From Macrostomum hystrix (lineage: Eukaryota; Animalia; Platyhelminthes): a stretch of DNA of 64,000 nt. Every line of letters begins with the position of its first letter. Position 1 is the stretch's first letter. The DNA lies in assembly GCA_950097015.1 (NCBI GenBank), contig CATNEN010000011.1:2480001-2544000 (forward strand), in the 5' to 3' direction. Positions 1-11,526 of this stretch are shown here, piece after piece. The notes beneath the pieces were generated by a model that was not told where the DNA came from, ran no database searches, and saw only the letters and a program-made list of their open reading frames with translations. Position numbers and translations under genes: made by a program.

Positions 1-1830
1 TGCGATACTTCATGATTCTTCTAGCGATACGATACTTCATGATTCTTCTAGCGATACGATACTTCATGATTCTGCTAGCGATACGATACTTCATGATTCT
101 GCTAGCGATGCGATACTTCATGATTCTTCTAGCGATACGATACTTCATGATTCTTCTAGCGATACGATACTTCATGATTCTTCTAGCGATGCGATACTTC
201 ATGATTCTTCTAGCGATACGATACTTCATGATTCTTCTAGCGATACGATACTTCATGATTCTGCTAGCTATACGATACTTCATGATTCTGCTAGCGATAC
301 GATACTTCATGATTCTTCTAGCTATACGATACTTCATGATTCTGCTAGCTATACGATACTTCATGATTCTTCTAGCTATACGATACTTCATGATTCTTCT
401 AGCTATACGATACTTCATGATTCTGCTAGCTATACGATACTTCATGATTCTTCTAGCGATACGATACTTCATGATTCTGCTAGCGATACGATACTTCATG
501 ATTCTTCTAGCTATACGATACTTCATGATTCTTCTAGCGATACGATACTTCATGATTCTTCTAGCGATACAATACTTCATGATACTTCTAGCGATACGAT
601 ACTTCATGATTCTTCTAGCGATACGATACTTCATGATTCTTCTAGCGATACGATATACTTCATGATTGTTCTAGCGATACGATACTTCATGATACTTCTA
701 GCGATACGATACTTCATGATTCTGCTAGCGATGCGATACTTCATGATACTTCTAGCGATACGATACTTCATGATTCTGCTAGCGATACGATCCTTCATGA
801 TTCTGCTAGCGATACGATACTTCATGATTCTGCTAGCGATGCGATACTTCATGATTCTGCTAGCGATGCGATACTTCATGATTCTTCTAGCGATACGATA
901 CTTCATGATTCTTCTAGCGATACGATACTTCATGATTCTGCTAGCGATACGATACTTCATGATTCTGCTAGCGATGCGATACTTCATGATTCTTCTAGCG
1001 ATACGATACTTCATGATTCTTCTAGCGATACGATACTTCATGATTCTTCTAGCGATACGATACTTCATGATACTTCTAGCGATACGATACTTCATGATTC
1101 TGCTAGCGATGCGATACTTCATGATTCTTCTAGCGATACGATACTTCATGATTCTTCTAGCGATACGATACTTCATGATTCTGCTAGCGATACGATACTT
1201 CATGATTCTGCTAGCGATGCGATACTTCATGATTCTTCTAGCGATACGATACTTCATGATTCTTCTAGCGATACGATACTTCATGATTCTTCTAGCGATG
1301 CGATACTTCATGATTCTTCTAGCGATACGATACTTCATGATTCTTCTAGCGATACGATACTTCATGATTCTGCTAGCTATACGATACTTCATGATTCTGC
1401 TAGCGATACGATACTTCATGATTCTTCTAGCTATACGATACTTCATGATTCTGCTAGCTATACGATACTTCATGATTCTTCTAGCTATACGATACTTCAT
1501 GATTCTTCTAGCTATACGATACTTCATGATTCTGCTAGCTATACGATACTTCATGATTCTTCTAGCGATACGATACTTCATGATTCTGCTAGCGATACGA
1601 TACTTCATGATTCTTCTAGCGATACAATACTTCATGATACTTCTAGCGATACGATACTTCATGATTCTTCTAGCGATACGATACTTCATGATTCTTCTAG
1701 CGATACGATATACTTCATGATTGTTCTAGCGATACGATACTTCATGATTCTTCTAGCTATACGATACTTCATGATTCTTCTAGCTATACGATACTTCATG
1801 ATTCTTCTAGCGATACGATACTTCATGATA
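1..1830. repeat. 27-bp minisatellite (atgattcttctagcgatacgatacttc)n, in an intron of the innexin gene
   Basis: Near-perfect 27-bp units. It produces the artefactual MILLAIRYF / MKYRIARRI ORFs. Confidence 0.97.
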
Positions 1831-2000
1831 CTTAATGATTCTACTGGCGATGCGATGCTTCAGGATACGAGTATTCTCGTACTTCTAGCTATACAATACG
1901 ATACTTTAAGTAATACTAATTTATGATATTTCTTGTGGCCATTCTGTTAAAAAATCAGTAGACACTCAGAGACAGCTGACATGTAACTAAGCCAACTCAC

Positions 2001-2295
2001 TGATTTCAGCCTCCTTGCGAGCTTGCAGACCCGGGAAGCCGGGCTCAGTAAATGCGACATTGTAGGTGTTCTGAATCCAGCAGTAGTTTTCAGCGTACTC
2101 CTCCCAGGGCCGGGGCCATTCAGCGGGTACCCAGCACTGGATGGATTCAAACACGTACTGCTTCATGACCAGCAGTGTTGTCACCAGCATGAGGCCAAGC
2201 GATGTGTACTTGGACATCAGCTGATCGCCGAAATCTTCCATGTAGACGCCATGTGAGTCGCCAAGCAGAAACATGTGTTCAACAACACCCTCCAT
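2001..2295 (-). CDS. Innexin, first coding exon (gene continues beyond window start)
   Basis: MEDFGDQLMSKYT...KQYVFESIQCWVPAEW...WEEYAENYCWIQNTY is the typical innexin TM1/EL1 signature. The exon ends GAA ATC A|gtgagt at 2001. An acceptor (ttcag|) lies upstream at 2371. Confidence 0.9.
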
Positions 2296-3406
2296 TTTCG
2301 TCAGGTGATACTAGAATGACGCTTGGCCCAGAAATGAGAACAGAATGCTTAGCTTTGGCAGTATCTTTAACCTGAATCTTATTAAACTCGGAGAGCAAGT
2401 ACAATAAAGCTATGAGCTCAATTCTAAAAAATTTATTAAGAACGGAGCGAATGAAACGCAAAGCAAAATAGACCCACCATAGCAGCCAGTTTTGCATTTC
2501 TCATCATTCCTTCACTTCCATAACCATTCATCTGTCATATACTATAGACAAAAGACAAACGAGTTGCATAGAGCAAGGACTTCTATAAATAGCACAATTA
2601 GCAGATGCTTCGGATTCAGAGGTCCTTGCACAGAGTTTTGTCTGGTCGGCGAATGTGCCAGTTTACCGAATATGGAGACAAACTCCTCAGTTGTCATGCA
2701 CAGACGGGCTTGCTTTTCTACCAACTTGTACATTCGGGGTGCTCTAGCTGGCACAAAAGCTATGCTTTTCTAACCTGATAACTGTTAGGACATAGCTTTT
2801 CGTTTTTTAAATGTTTTCAAAAGGACAAAATTATAAAAATATTACCTTCAAAATCGATAGTTGAAAATCTAGAAACTGTCAACTGCCAAAAAAGGCGAAG
2901 AAAACAAAATAATTGGAACGAACCACTGACTTCCAAATATAGTAATTGCCCAACTGAGATCAAATGAGGTCTAGATCAAAGTTCGTCAGAAAAAAATCTT
3001 AGTATACTACTTGTAAGAGAAGGACAGTGGCAGAAAAACAAATGTACAGCAATTTAATTTGGTGTACATTTCCTCCTCTCTTACCGTTGAGTCGACAATA
3101 TTTGTACAGGAATGGGTAGAGTACAAAGTTCTTATGGCAGAGAATTGATGCGGGTTGAAAGGGCTAGAAGTTGTGTCGATAAGAGCCTAGGGTGAGGGTG
3201 TGACGCACACCTGGACCCTCCGGTGTGACAGGATTCACGGTGAGGTTGGAAGATTTTATTCTGGCACAATCTGACTAAGAATTGTGCAATAGTGTTTATG
3301 CTTACCACTCTTGCAAAACAATAAATTGGCCACGAATACTCGATCTCAAAATTTACAAAAGAAGAATTTCTTCGAAATTTTATCAACAATCTCTACAGAC
3401 TACACA

Positions 3407-4924
3407 ATGCTTCTACTGGGTCTGGTTGACCTTCCTAACTGGCTGCTTTACACAGGCCTTGGCCTAACTGCTCTCTATGTGTACGGCACCTGGCCCTACA
3501 GCTATTGGCGAAAGCGCGGCATTCACGGGCCCAAGATGTACCCGCTGCTGGGAGACCTGCCGTCGTTCATCCGACTCGGCTTTCGCGGCAAAATGGTTGA
3601 AGACTTTCAGAAATATGGCAAAGTGCACGGAACCTACATGCTGAGGAAGCCAGTGCTGGTCATCGGCGACACCGAGATGATCAAGCAGGTGTGCATCAAA
3701 CGAGCTGAGAACTTCACTGACCGTGGCGCCCTTGGCAACGAGACGAAGCCCCTAGACAAGGGCATTGCGGTTCTCAAAGGCCAGGAATGGAAGCGTGTTC
3801 GCAGTATTCTATCGCCGACGTTCAGTTCTGGCAAAATCAAGGCCATGTTTCCTCTGGTCGAGGAGTGCACCGACCAGCTGTGCGAGTCCTTGGTCAATTC
3901 AACTGGCGGCACAGTGGATATAAAGAGCCACTTCTCGAATTTCACAATGGATGTGGTGGCCAGCACACTGTTTGGCCTCAAGGTGAACACGCAAAAGGAT
4001 CCCAACAACGACTTTAAGAAGCACGGCTCCGAGCTTTTCAACTTCAGAGTTCTAAACTGGAAGTTCCTATTGATCATGCTGTTCCCAAAGATCGCTGCGC
4101 CCCTGTTCAAGAGGTTCGAAATCACCCTGTTCCCCAAGAAGAGCTTAGACTTCTTCCAGAAGGTCATCCACGACGCTCTATTGGAGCGGGAGGCCTCGAC
4201 CGATTCGGACAAGTACCACGACTTTCTCGCCTCGATGGTGATTGCTCGACGCGAAGCCGAGAACCAGGGCGCCAAGGGCTTGACTGAGCACGAGGTCATG
4301 GCACAGTCTTTGACATTCTTTCTAGCAGGCTTTGAGACCACCGCCAACGCGATGCAGTACCTGGCTTACTTCCTGGCCTGGAACAAGGACTGCCAGGACA
4401 AGGCGTATCGCGAGGTGCTTGAAGCCAAGGCAAAGCACGGAGGTGAGGTGAATTACGAGTGCCTGAAGAGCCTGCACTATCTCAACAATTGTTTCGAGGA
4501 GTCGATGCGGCTATGCCCGCCGGCTTTGCTAACCGATCGGGTCTGCACCGAGACAACCACGGTCAACGGCTTCGAGATCGAGAAGGGCATCAACGTCCGC
4601 ATACCGATCTTCTGCCTGGCTCACGATCCCGAAGTTTGGGAGGAGCCAGAGTGTTTCAACCCCGACCGGTTCAACGAGAATAGCGCAGAGAGCCGGGATC
4701 CGACCTACCTGATCCCGTTCGGCCTGGGGCCCAGGAACTGCATCGGAATGCGCCTGGCCCAGATGGAGGTTCGCAAGGCCATGGCCGAGATGCTGCTCCG
4801 CCTGGAGTTCCAAGTTGTGCCAGGAGTGACCAAGCCGTTTGACAAGCTGGAGTTCAAGCCTGGCGGTCTCCTCATGACCAAGGAGCCCATCAAGCTGAAG
4901 GTGGTGCCGAGAGGTAGCGAGTAG
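3407..4924 (+). CDS. Cytochrome P450, clan 3 (CYP3A-like), single coding exon
   Basis: N-terminal membrane anchor, I-helix AGFETT, K-helix ESMR, PDRF and heme motif PFGLGPRNCIG. First ATG at 3407, preceded by a ctctacag| acceptor at 3398. Confidence 0.95.
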   Translation: MLLLGLVDLPNWLLYTGLGLTALYVYGTWPYSYWRKRGIHGPKMYPLLGDLPSFIRLGFRGKMVEDFQKYGKVHGTYMLRKPVLVIGDTEMIKQVCIKRAENFTDRGALGNETKPLDKGIAVLKGQEWKRVRSILSPTFSSGKIKAMFPLVEECTDQLCESLVNSTGGTVDIKSHFSNFTMDVVASTLFGLKVNTQKDPNNDFKKHGSELFNFRVLNWKFLLIMLFPKIAAPLFKRFEITLFPKKSLDFFQKVIHDALLEREASTDSDKYHDFLASMVIARREAENQGAKGLTEHEVMAQSLTFFLAGFETTANAMQYLAYFLAWNKDCQDKAYREVLEAKAKHGGEVNYECLKSLHYLNNCFEESMRLCPPALLTDRVCTETTTVNGFEIEKGINVRIPIFCLAHDPEVWEEPECFNPDRFNENSAESRDPTYLIPFGLGPRNCIGMRLAQMEVRKAMAEMLLRLEFQVVPGVTKPFDKLEFKPGGLLMTKEPIKLKVVPRGSE

Positions 4925-5393
4925 GAACGCGACAATTTCTTGTATCCAAACTCTTCGATTGAGAAACCTTCCGTATGAAGTTTTAGTTCGAAAACTATCA
5001 GTCATTGACGTCTCGATTGTTAAGTTTGTTGCGCGAGAAGTATTTTCTGACCTAGGCTAACATAGATTTAGTCTTTGTAATACACTTAAAAATAAATTGT
5101 GATAATAGCATGGCGGTTAAATCGTTTTTATGAATTATAAATTTATAAGAACTTTGTCTTCTGTTTATTGTTCGTATTTTTGTCCAAAGTTAACAGACTC
5201 CTCATAATGGGCAATATAATGTGCTGAAACAATGATACATAACAAGTAAAGATGTTAGAGTAAAAGTAAATTTTAGCAAACGATACTGAAACAGATAAGC
5301 ATTTTATTACACATACCCAAGAAAAATAGCATAAAAATGTTTGTAGCCAACGAAATAAATTGTAGTCAAACGACTATAAGGTCAATATAAAAC

Positions 5394-7025
5394 TCAAAGC
5401 ATCACGGACATGACGACTACTCGGTTCTGTCTTGCGTAGTTCGGGTAGAAAATATTCCAGCACCAGTCGTTCAGATTCCAAACGGTTCTTCTGTCCACAG
5501 GCTCCTCCTCTAAGAGAGATAGCAGCTTCGTAGCGCGTAAGGAATACTGGTTCATTGAGGACAACCTTTCAAAGCGAAAGTACAAAGCGATAATGCGACG
5601 AAGGCTGGAGTAGATGTTGTTGGAGGGTGTACCTGGAATCATAACTTCGGTCATGTGTTTCGCATGCGGTATGGAGGAATTCTGGGTGATAATCTCATGC
5701 GCTCTAACATAAAGCATGGAGAGCAGATGCGTAGTGAATCCACAATAGACCTCATCATCAAACTCCATGACGACGCGGCGCAGCATTCTATGAAACCAGG
5801 AGCTGCTACTCCAGAAGTTAGTCTTCTCGTCAAGATAATTTGTCCTATTGGAGTTCGATGTGTCCTGACTATTTTTAGAGGATGATTCGTTCTCAGCTCT
5901 CGAATCGTCCCACGGCAATATGGGAAATATCAGCGAAAGAAAGATGTAAAACGCAGACTCTATGTCGTTTACAAAGTGAGGAACCTGTTGTCGAAGCGTT
6001 GACAAGGAGGCGCATCGATTGCTGTATGGTTTGGCTGATTGGTTATCCGTTGGTGCGACCGTGGCGCAGTCGAAACGACTTATGTACAACACATTGCAGG
6101 CTTCTCGTACTCCGAATTGAAGAAATTTGTTATCAAGATTGCCTAAAATCACACCGTACTTGTGCAGAACCATTAAGCGACATAGCAGCTGATCCAAGAT
6201 TTTCAATGCCGAAGATATGCTCATGACTTTCCTCTCTAAGCGAAGCAGTTCCATCAGGTATTGAAGAGTCGGGCCAAGGCTCTCGATGGAAAGGTAGCTG
6301 AGAGAAGAGCTTACGGTGTCGTTAGTTCCGGGCACCAACAGTTTATCCAAGCTAATTGTGTTGCCATGAAGATCACGATGAAACGCGTCCTGCTGACTCG
6401 TCAAAGAATAATCTGAATATCCCGAAACGTTGACGAACTCAAACGGCATGGGAATTCCCATCAAAAGATCCGGCTCACAAGACAAGGCATCAATATCAAG
6501 CTTGAAGGACTCCCAAACGTGACGCAGAACGGAGTATTCAAGAAACAAACCGAGCTTAGGGCCAAGCGACCAGTTTCTCTGAGGCTCGGCTTCAATAAGC
6601 ACAGTCAACCTGTAGCAGAAGTCTGTTGAACGAGTCGATTTTAGCAACGGATTGGGCTTAGCTCGACTTTTTGTGTACCGCTCAATCAGGTCTTCGAACA
6701 TCGGATGATAAACAAGCTCTTCATTTTTAGTGCTTGCCGACTGCACGTTTGCGAATGCTTCAAATGCCAAGACATTTTTGCGAGGCTGCCTAGTGAACAG
6801 GTAGCAGTGCACAACGCCAGGATTTTCAAAGTTGGAGCCGTACTTCTCGGTGAAATTCTTCGTTGCAGAAATCTGACTCCATAGCTTTTTGCCCAACTGC
6901 TCAATATCTTTCAATTGATCGCCTCTAATAGAATGGGCAGGAAAGTTTTCATTTTCATCGCCGGCCGATAAGGCAGGCAGTGTCTCAGACGACGAATCGT
7001 GAGCAGTGAAGTGGTCTTTTTCCAT
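5394..7025 (-). CDS. Casein kinase 1/TTBK-like pseudokinase, single exon
   Basis: LGPTLQYL...ILDQLLCRLMVLHKYGVILGNL...LYISRFD...RCASLS...NDIESAFYIFL...LPW aligns by eye with the CK1 C-lobe (LGPSLEDL...DQM..R...H...IHRDVK...YIIDFG...RYASIN...DDLESLGY.L...LPW). First ATG at 7025; acceptor at 7057. Confidence 0.7.
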   Translation of the reverse strand: MEKDHFTAHDSSSETLPALSAGDENENFPAHSIRGDQLKDIEQLGKKLWSQISATKNFTEKYGSNFENPGVVHCYLFTRQPRKNVLAFEAFANVQSASTKNEELVYHPMFEDLIERYTKSRAKPNPLLKSTRSTDFCYRLTVLIEAEPQRNWSLGPKLGLFLEYSVLRHVWESFKLDIDALSCEPDLLMGIPMPFEFVNVSGYSDYSLTSQQDAFHRDLHGNTISLDKLLVPGTNDTVSSSLSYLSIESLGPTLQYLMELLRLERKVMSISSALKILDQLLCRLMVLHKYGVILGNLDNKFLQFGVREACNVLYISRFDCATVAPTDNQSAKPYSNRCASLSTLRQQVPHFVNDIESAFYIFLSLIFPILPWDDSRAENESSSKNSQDTSNSNRTNYLDEKTNFWSSSSWFHRMLRRVVMEFDDEVYCGFTTHLLSMLYVRAHEIITQNSSIPHAKHMTEVMIPGTPSNNIYSSLRRIIALYFRFERLSSMNQYSLRATKLLSLLEEEPVDRRTVWNLNDWCWNIFYPNYARQNRVVVMSVML

Positions 7026-7895
7026 GCTAATAGTTTTTAATGATGAGCACAAGTCGTCTGAATGCAGGTAATTAGGAGACGAATTTTAAGCTAAGAGCTG
7101 CACATCGCTCTCTTTTCGCGAATGATTTGTCTATGGTAAAATCTATTTCTTTTTACGGCTTGAGTTGAATTCTGCGTTGAATTAAGATCCAAGGACGACT
7201 AGAAGGATGGGACGGGTCGATGAGAATTGCTCCGGGAATTCTCGTGCTCCCGGATGGAACACTTTATTTCTTGATAAATTTATTAAAAGCAGATTTTTAC
7301 GCAAACATTTATTTTAATTTTGTTATATCTCTCAAGTGGACCTTTTAAAAATATGTTGTATATATTTTTTATATCAACAGAAAACGTAACACTGGAGATT
7401 GTCAACAACTGCAACTGGGATAAGTGTAGTACATAATAATATTACAAGTAATTTTTAATTGATTAAGAAATACCCAAGCATTGTGAACTGAGATAAAATA
7501 ATACTTTATATATATATATATTCAAAGCGAAAACAACTGTACTACACTACTGAATAACCTAGTTAAAAGTTTCATGTTGACAGACTTACAGCCCAACAGA
7601 CTGAAAGAATTACAGTAATACAGACTGACAGAAATACAGCCATACAGACTGACAGTAATACAGCTATACAGACAGACATACAGCATTACAGACTAGCAGA
7701 AATGCAACCTGAAATAGAGACAGACAAAAATACAACCATGCAGACTGACAGTAATACAGCAGAGACAGAGTAACAACTATTCCGTACAGCAAGGCTGTAA
7801 AGAAGAGCAGATAAAAGTGCACTAGTGAAAATCACCAGCCTTGAGTACAAATTCAGGGAACAGCAATGATCAGAAAGTTTCAACAATCAGTGCAA

Positions 7896-10347
7896 TTAAC
7901 TAGTCGACTCGGCGGCATTGGGAGGCCTGGCGACAATGAAAGGGCTAGCGGCGTTGGTAAGCGGCGAGTCGACAGCCTGCGAGCGAAGGTGGAACGCAGG
8001 ACAGACGAAAGTGCCGCAGCTGCAGCGCTCGCCGGCCCAGTTGAAGGAGCCGATCTTGGCCGAACACTTCGGGCAGGCCAGTTTGCCGGATGTCGCCGAT
8101 CCCGTTGTCGTCCGCATCCATTCAACCGGCTCCACAAACAATTCGCGACGACATTCGGGGTCGACGGCGGCTGTAGCAGCGGCCTGGTCGACTGTCTGGG
8201 CCATCCAGTAATCGTCGCCGTCAGCGTTGGGATCGGAGCTGGCTTGTGCAGCCAGTTGGCGCATTCGTTGATCGGAACTGGAAGCGACACCCTTGGGCTG
8301 GTAGGTCAGGTGAGTTAGGAGGCTGGACGAGCGGAACAAACAGCGGCGGCATTTCTTGCAACGATAGACACCGCCGCCGTCACCGTCAGTGGGGTCCGCC
8401 ACGCAGGGAATATCCTGTGCACAGATGGTCAGGTATCCGCGACGTTCGCGTTGTGCTTCGACAAATCTGGCTAGCTGGAATTGGCGATAATGCGGATGAC
8501 TCCGATCCACTCGGCGGCCCATGCGTTCGTACAGGGCCAGCTGGGACATGAAGCCCGGATTCGGACTGTGGAGTTGGGAGCCGGAGATTTCAGGCTTAGT
8601 AGATATCCCAGATATCCGAATTCCCAAACCAGACAATTCTGAATCCCCAAGCCTGAATGTTTCGAACTCCCAAGTGTGAAGGTTCTAAAATCCCAAACCT
8701 AAGAATTTTGAAAACTAAACCTGAATGGTAATAGATCCCAAACCTAATGTCTGAAATCCCAAACCGAAATGTCTGAAATCCTATACCTAATGTCTGAAAT
8801 CCCAAACCTAATGTCTGAAATCCCAAACCTAATGTCTGAAATCCTATACCTAAATGTCTAAAATCCCAAACCTAATGTCTGAAATCCCCAACCTTGAATA
8901 TTTTGAACTCCCAAACCTGAATATTCTAAAATCACAAATTAAAATATTCTAGATTTACTAACGAATTATTCCAAAAAGATTTAATTCTTAAAAACATTTA
9001 ATTTCTGCATTTCTAAATTGGTATTCCATAAGCTCTCAATTATGATTCACAAGATTTACAAGCAAAGGTTGACAATTACGACATTAACGTGTCCATTGGA
9101 ATTAAAATAGGTTTAATTATGAACTTACGAAATGACAGGTCGAGCAGCGCTCACTTTCCTACATGCGGTATCCACTGTGACGCCTTCACTGTGCATCAGG
9201 AAGCCAATCACTATTGTGGCACTTCGAGAGATACCAACCTGGCTGCGAAATGAAAGTTTAAACTAAGCATTAAACTAAGGATTTAGGTAACATGGACCTA
9301 AGGATTCAAGTAGCAATAAACTAAGGATTTAGGTAACATGGACCTAAGGATTCGGGTAGCATTAAACTGTAGATTTAGGTAACATGGACCTAAGGATTTG
9401 GGTAGCATTAAACCAAGGATTTAGGTAACATGGACCTAAGGATTCGGGTAGCAATAAACTAAGGATTTAGGTAACATGGACCTAAGGATTCGGGTAGCAT
9501 TAAACTGTAGATTTAGGTAACATGGACCTAAGGATTCGGGTAGCATTAAACTGTAGATTTAGGTAACATGGACCTAAGGATTCGGGTAGCATTAAACTGT
9601 AGATTTAGGTAACATGGACCTACAGATTCGGGTAGCATTAAACTGTAGATTTAGGTAACATGAACCTAAGGATTCGGGTAGCATTAAACTGTAGATTTAG
9701 GTAACATGAACCTAAGGATTCGGGTAGCATTAAACTAAGGATTTAGGTAACATGAACCTAAGGATTCGGGTAGCATTAAACTGTAGATTTAGGTAATATA
9801 AACCTAAGGATTCGGGTAGCATTAAACTGAGGATTTGGGTAACAGTAATCTGGTGATAAGGGCCTTAAACCTGAGGCTTTAGGTAAACCTAAAGAATTAG
9901 GTAACATTAACCTGAGGTTTTGGGTAAAATGAAGCTGAAGATTTAGAAAAGTTTACTAAGCTGTGGAGTCTTGGGGACAGGTGTGAGTTGTGAGTCAGTG
10001 ATTCAAATACATAAGCAAATAATTATTTAGCAACACAAAACCTGTACTCACCAATGCACCAAGACCCCGGTGCCAGAGTCGAGGCCCTCCTGAATAAACT
10101 TAAAACAGTTGTCAAAGTGGCTAATTAAATCCTCACTAACATCATCAATCGCACATACATAATGTTGCTTGAATTCTTCAATAGGAAATGGTTTAGCAGA
10201 ACCGCTATTATTATCAAGCAATGGATTATAGTCACATACACTGACAATTCTAGTGACATTCTTTGAGCGCAAATTTTCCACATCCAGGGCCGAATTGACA
10301 CTGCCAAGCCACAGACCAGTAATAACTTCATGCATAGCATGGTACAT
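7896..10347 (-). CDS. DUSP12: Dual-specificity phosphatase 12 (YVH1 family); exons 10052-10347, 9129-9242, 7896-8565
   Basis: Splicing rebuilds the catalytic HC|QVGISRSAT motif and S|PNPGF. A C-terminal Zn-binding domain is present (YRCKKCRR...LFVEPVEWM...GKLACPKC...GSFNW.GERCSCG). All junctions are GT-AG and phase-consistent; 359 aa. Confidence 0.93.
8640..8930. repeat. 21-bp minisatellite (aatgtctgaaatcccaaacct) in DUSP12 intron 2
   Basis: Tandem units, degenerate at the edges. Confidence 0.85.
9265..9840. repeat. 46-bp minisatellite (gatttaggtaacatggacctaaggattcgggtagcattaaactgta) in DUSP12 intron 1
   Basis: Period of 46 confirmed (9361 vs 9407). Confidence 0.93.
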
Positions 10348-10539
10348 TTTTGCTGTGATGCGCTGTAACAAATGTTATAGAGTGGACCCAGTGATTAATT
10401 AATTAAGATAGCTTATAGAAATAATCAATAGTAAGAACTAATACAATCTTATCTTTAAAAAATAATAAATAAAAATTTCTCTTCAAAGCTGGTTGAACAA
10501 GAGCTGCAAATATTTCTGCTGTATAGTTAGAGGTTTAAG

Positions 10540-10820
10540 TGGGTCACTGGCAAAGTGGTTAATGCATTTGCATCTCATGCCAATGTCCCTAAGCTTGATT
10601 CTGTGGCTAGGCCACATTTCTTTTGGGTGCAGATACAGAGAGAAGATACAGGGGCTTGTCATGCAATTTATACCATTGAGGGCCAACCTTCAAGGCACAG
10701 TGACAGTATACACTTCCTGACAATAAGAAGGTCAAGGTTCCTTGTTGGCTGCAGGTCAAGTGTCACAAATATAATCACATGTGATTGCCTAGCCATAGCC
10801 CTCTTGTAATTATTATTAAA
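10540..10820 (+). mobile_element. Degenerate copy of the tRNA-derived SINE family
   Basis: Shares ggggcttgtcatgcaattta...gagggccaacct.caaggcacagtga with the 40837 copy. It has a decayed tRNA-like head and ends in attattatt. Confidence 0.75.
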
Positions 10821-11060
10821 TTAGCGCCTATTAAGTTTCAGATAATCAGACAATAGCAAAAATAGTGGCAAGAAAGTGGGAGAGGTTAAAAATAACACCT
10901 TTAGGGCATTAAGTCCTAAGTCATTGAACTAGAATATTAACACTTTAGCTTGTCAACAATATTTTTTATAAATTATTCAATCAGCAACATATTCATTCAT
11001 ATAAATTGCATGCTATGCAGCTTAATCTAGCTACTCTGAAAAATGGCACAAAATACTTTT

Positions 11061-11526
11061 TGGCAGTGCTTATCCCCACGGTACCGTAGAAATAATTTTT
11101 GTCTTAGGCCTATTCCTACGGTACCGTGGGTATAATTTCCTGCTTATCCGCATGGCACACTGACCAACTGACGAGATAGCTGTCCTATCTTCAACATATT
11201 CCATGGGAATAATTTTATATACTTAAAAAAGCCACCGTATTGGTTAACTAATTGCAAAAAAAGCAGGAAACTTTAATTTGTTTACTTGCTTTTAAAAAAA
11301 GGAAGAAAAAGGGAAAATTGCAGTCATGATAAAAAGATAGATGATAGGACAGCTGTCTCGTCAGTGTGCCGTGCGGATAAGCAGGAAATTATTCCCACGG
11401 AATATGTTGAAGATAGGACAGCTATCTCGTCAGTGTGCCGTGCAGATAAGCAGGAAATTATTCCCACAGTACGGTAGGAATAAGACAAAATTTATTTCTA
11501 CGGTACCGTGGGGATAAGCACTGCCA
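11061..11526. mobile_element. Foldback/MITE-like element with long inverted arms
   Basis: The left end tggcagtgcttatccccacggtaccgtagaaat is the reverse complement of the right end (...atttctacggtaccgtggggataagcactgcca). Arms are about 150 bp. There is an internal 69-bp tandem duplication. No clear TSD. Confidence 0.75.

Noticed and set aside
12-1926. Long ORFs MILLAIRYF / MKYRIARRI
   Set aside because: Translations of a 27-bp satellite that happens to lack stops; intronic to innexin.
3311-3406. N-terminal extension of the CYP ORF in the track
   Set aside because: It relies on a non-ATG start; the first ATG at 3407 begins the membrane anchor and follows a splice acceptor.
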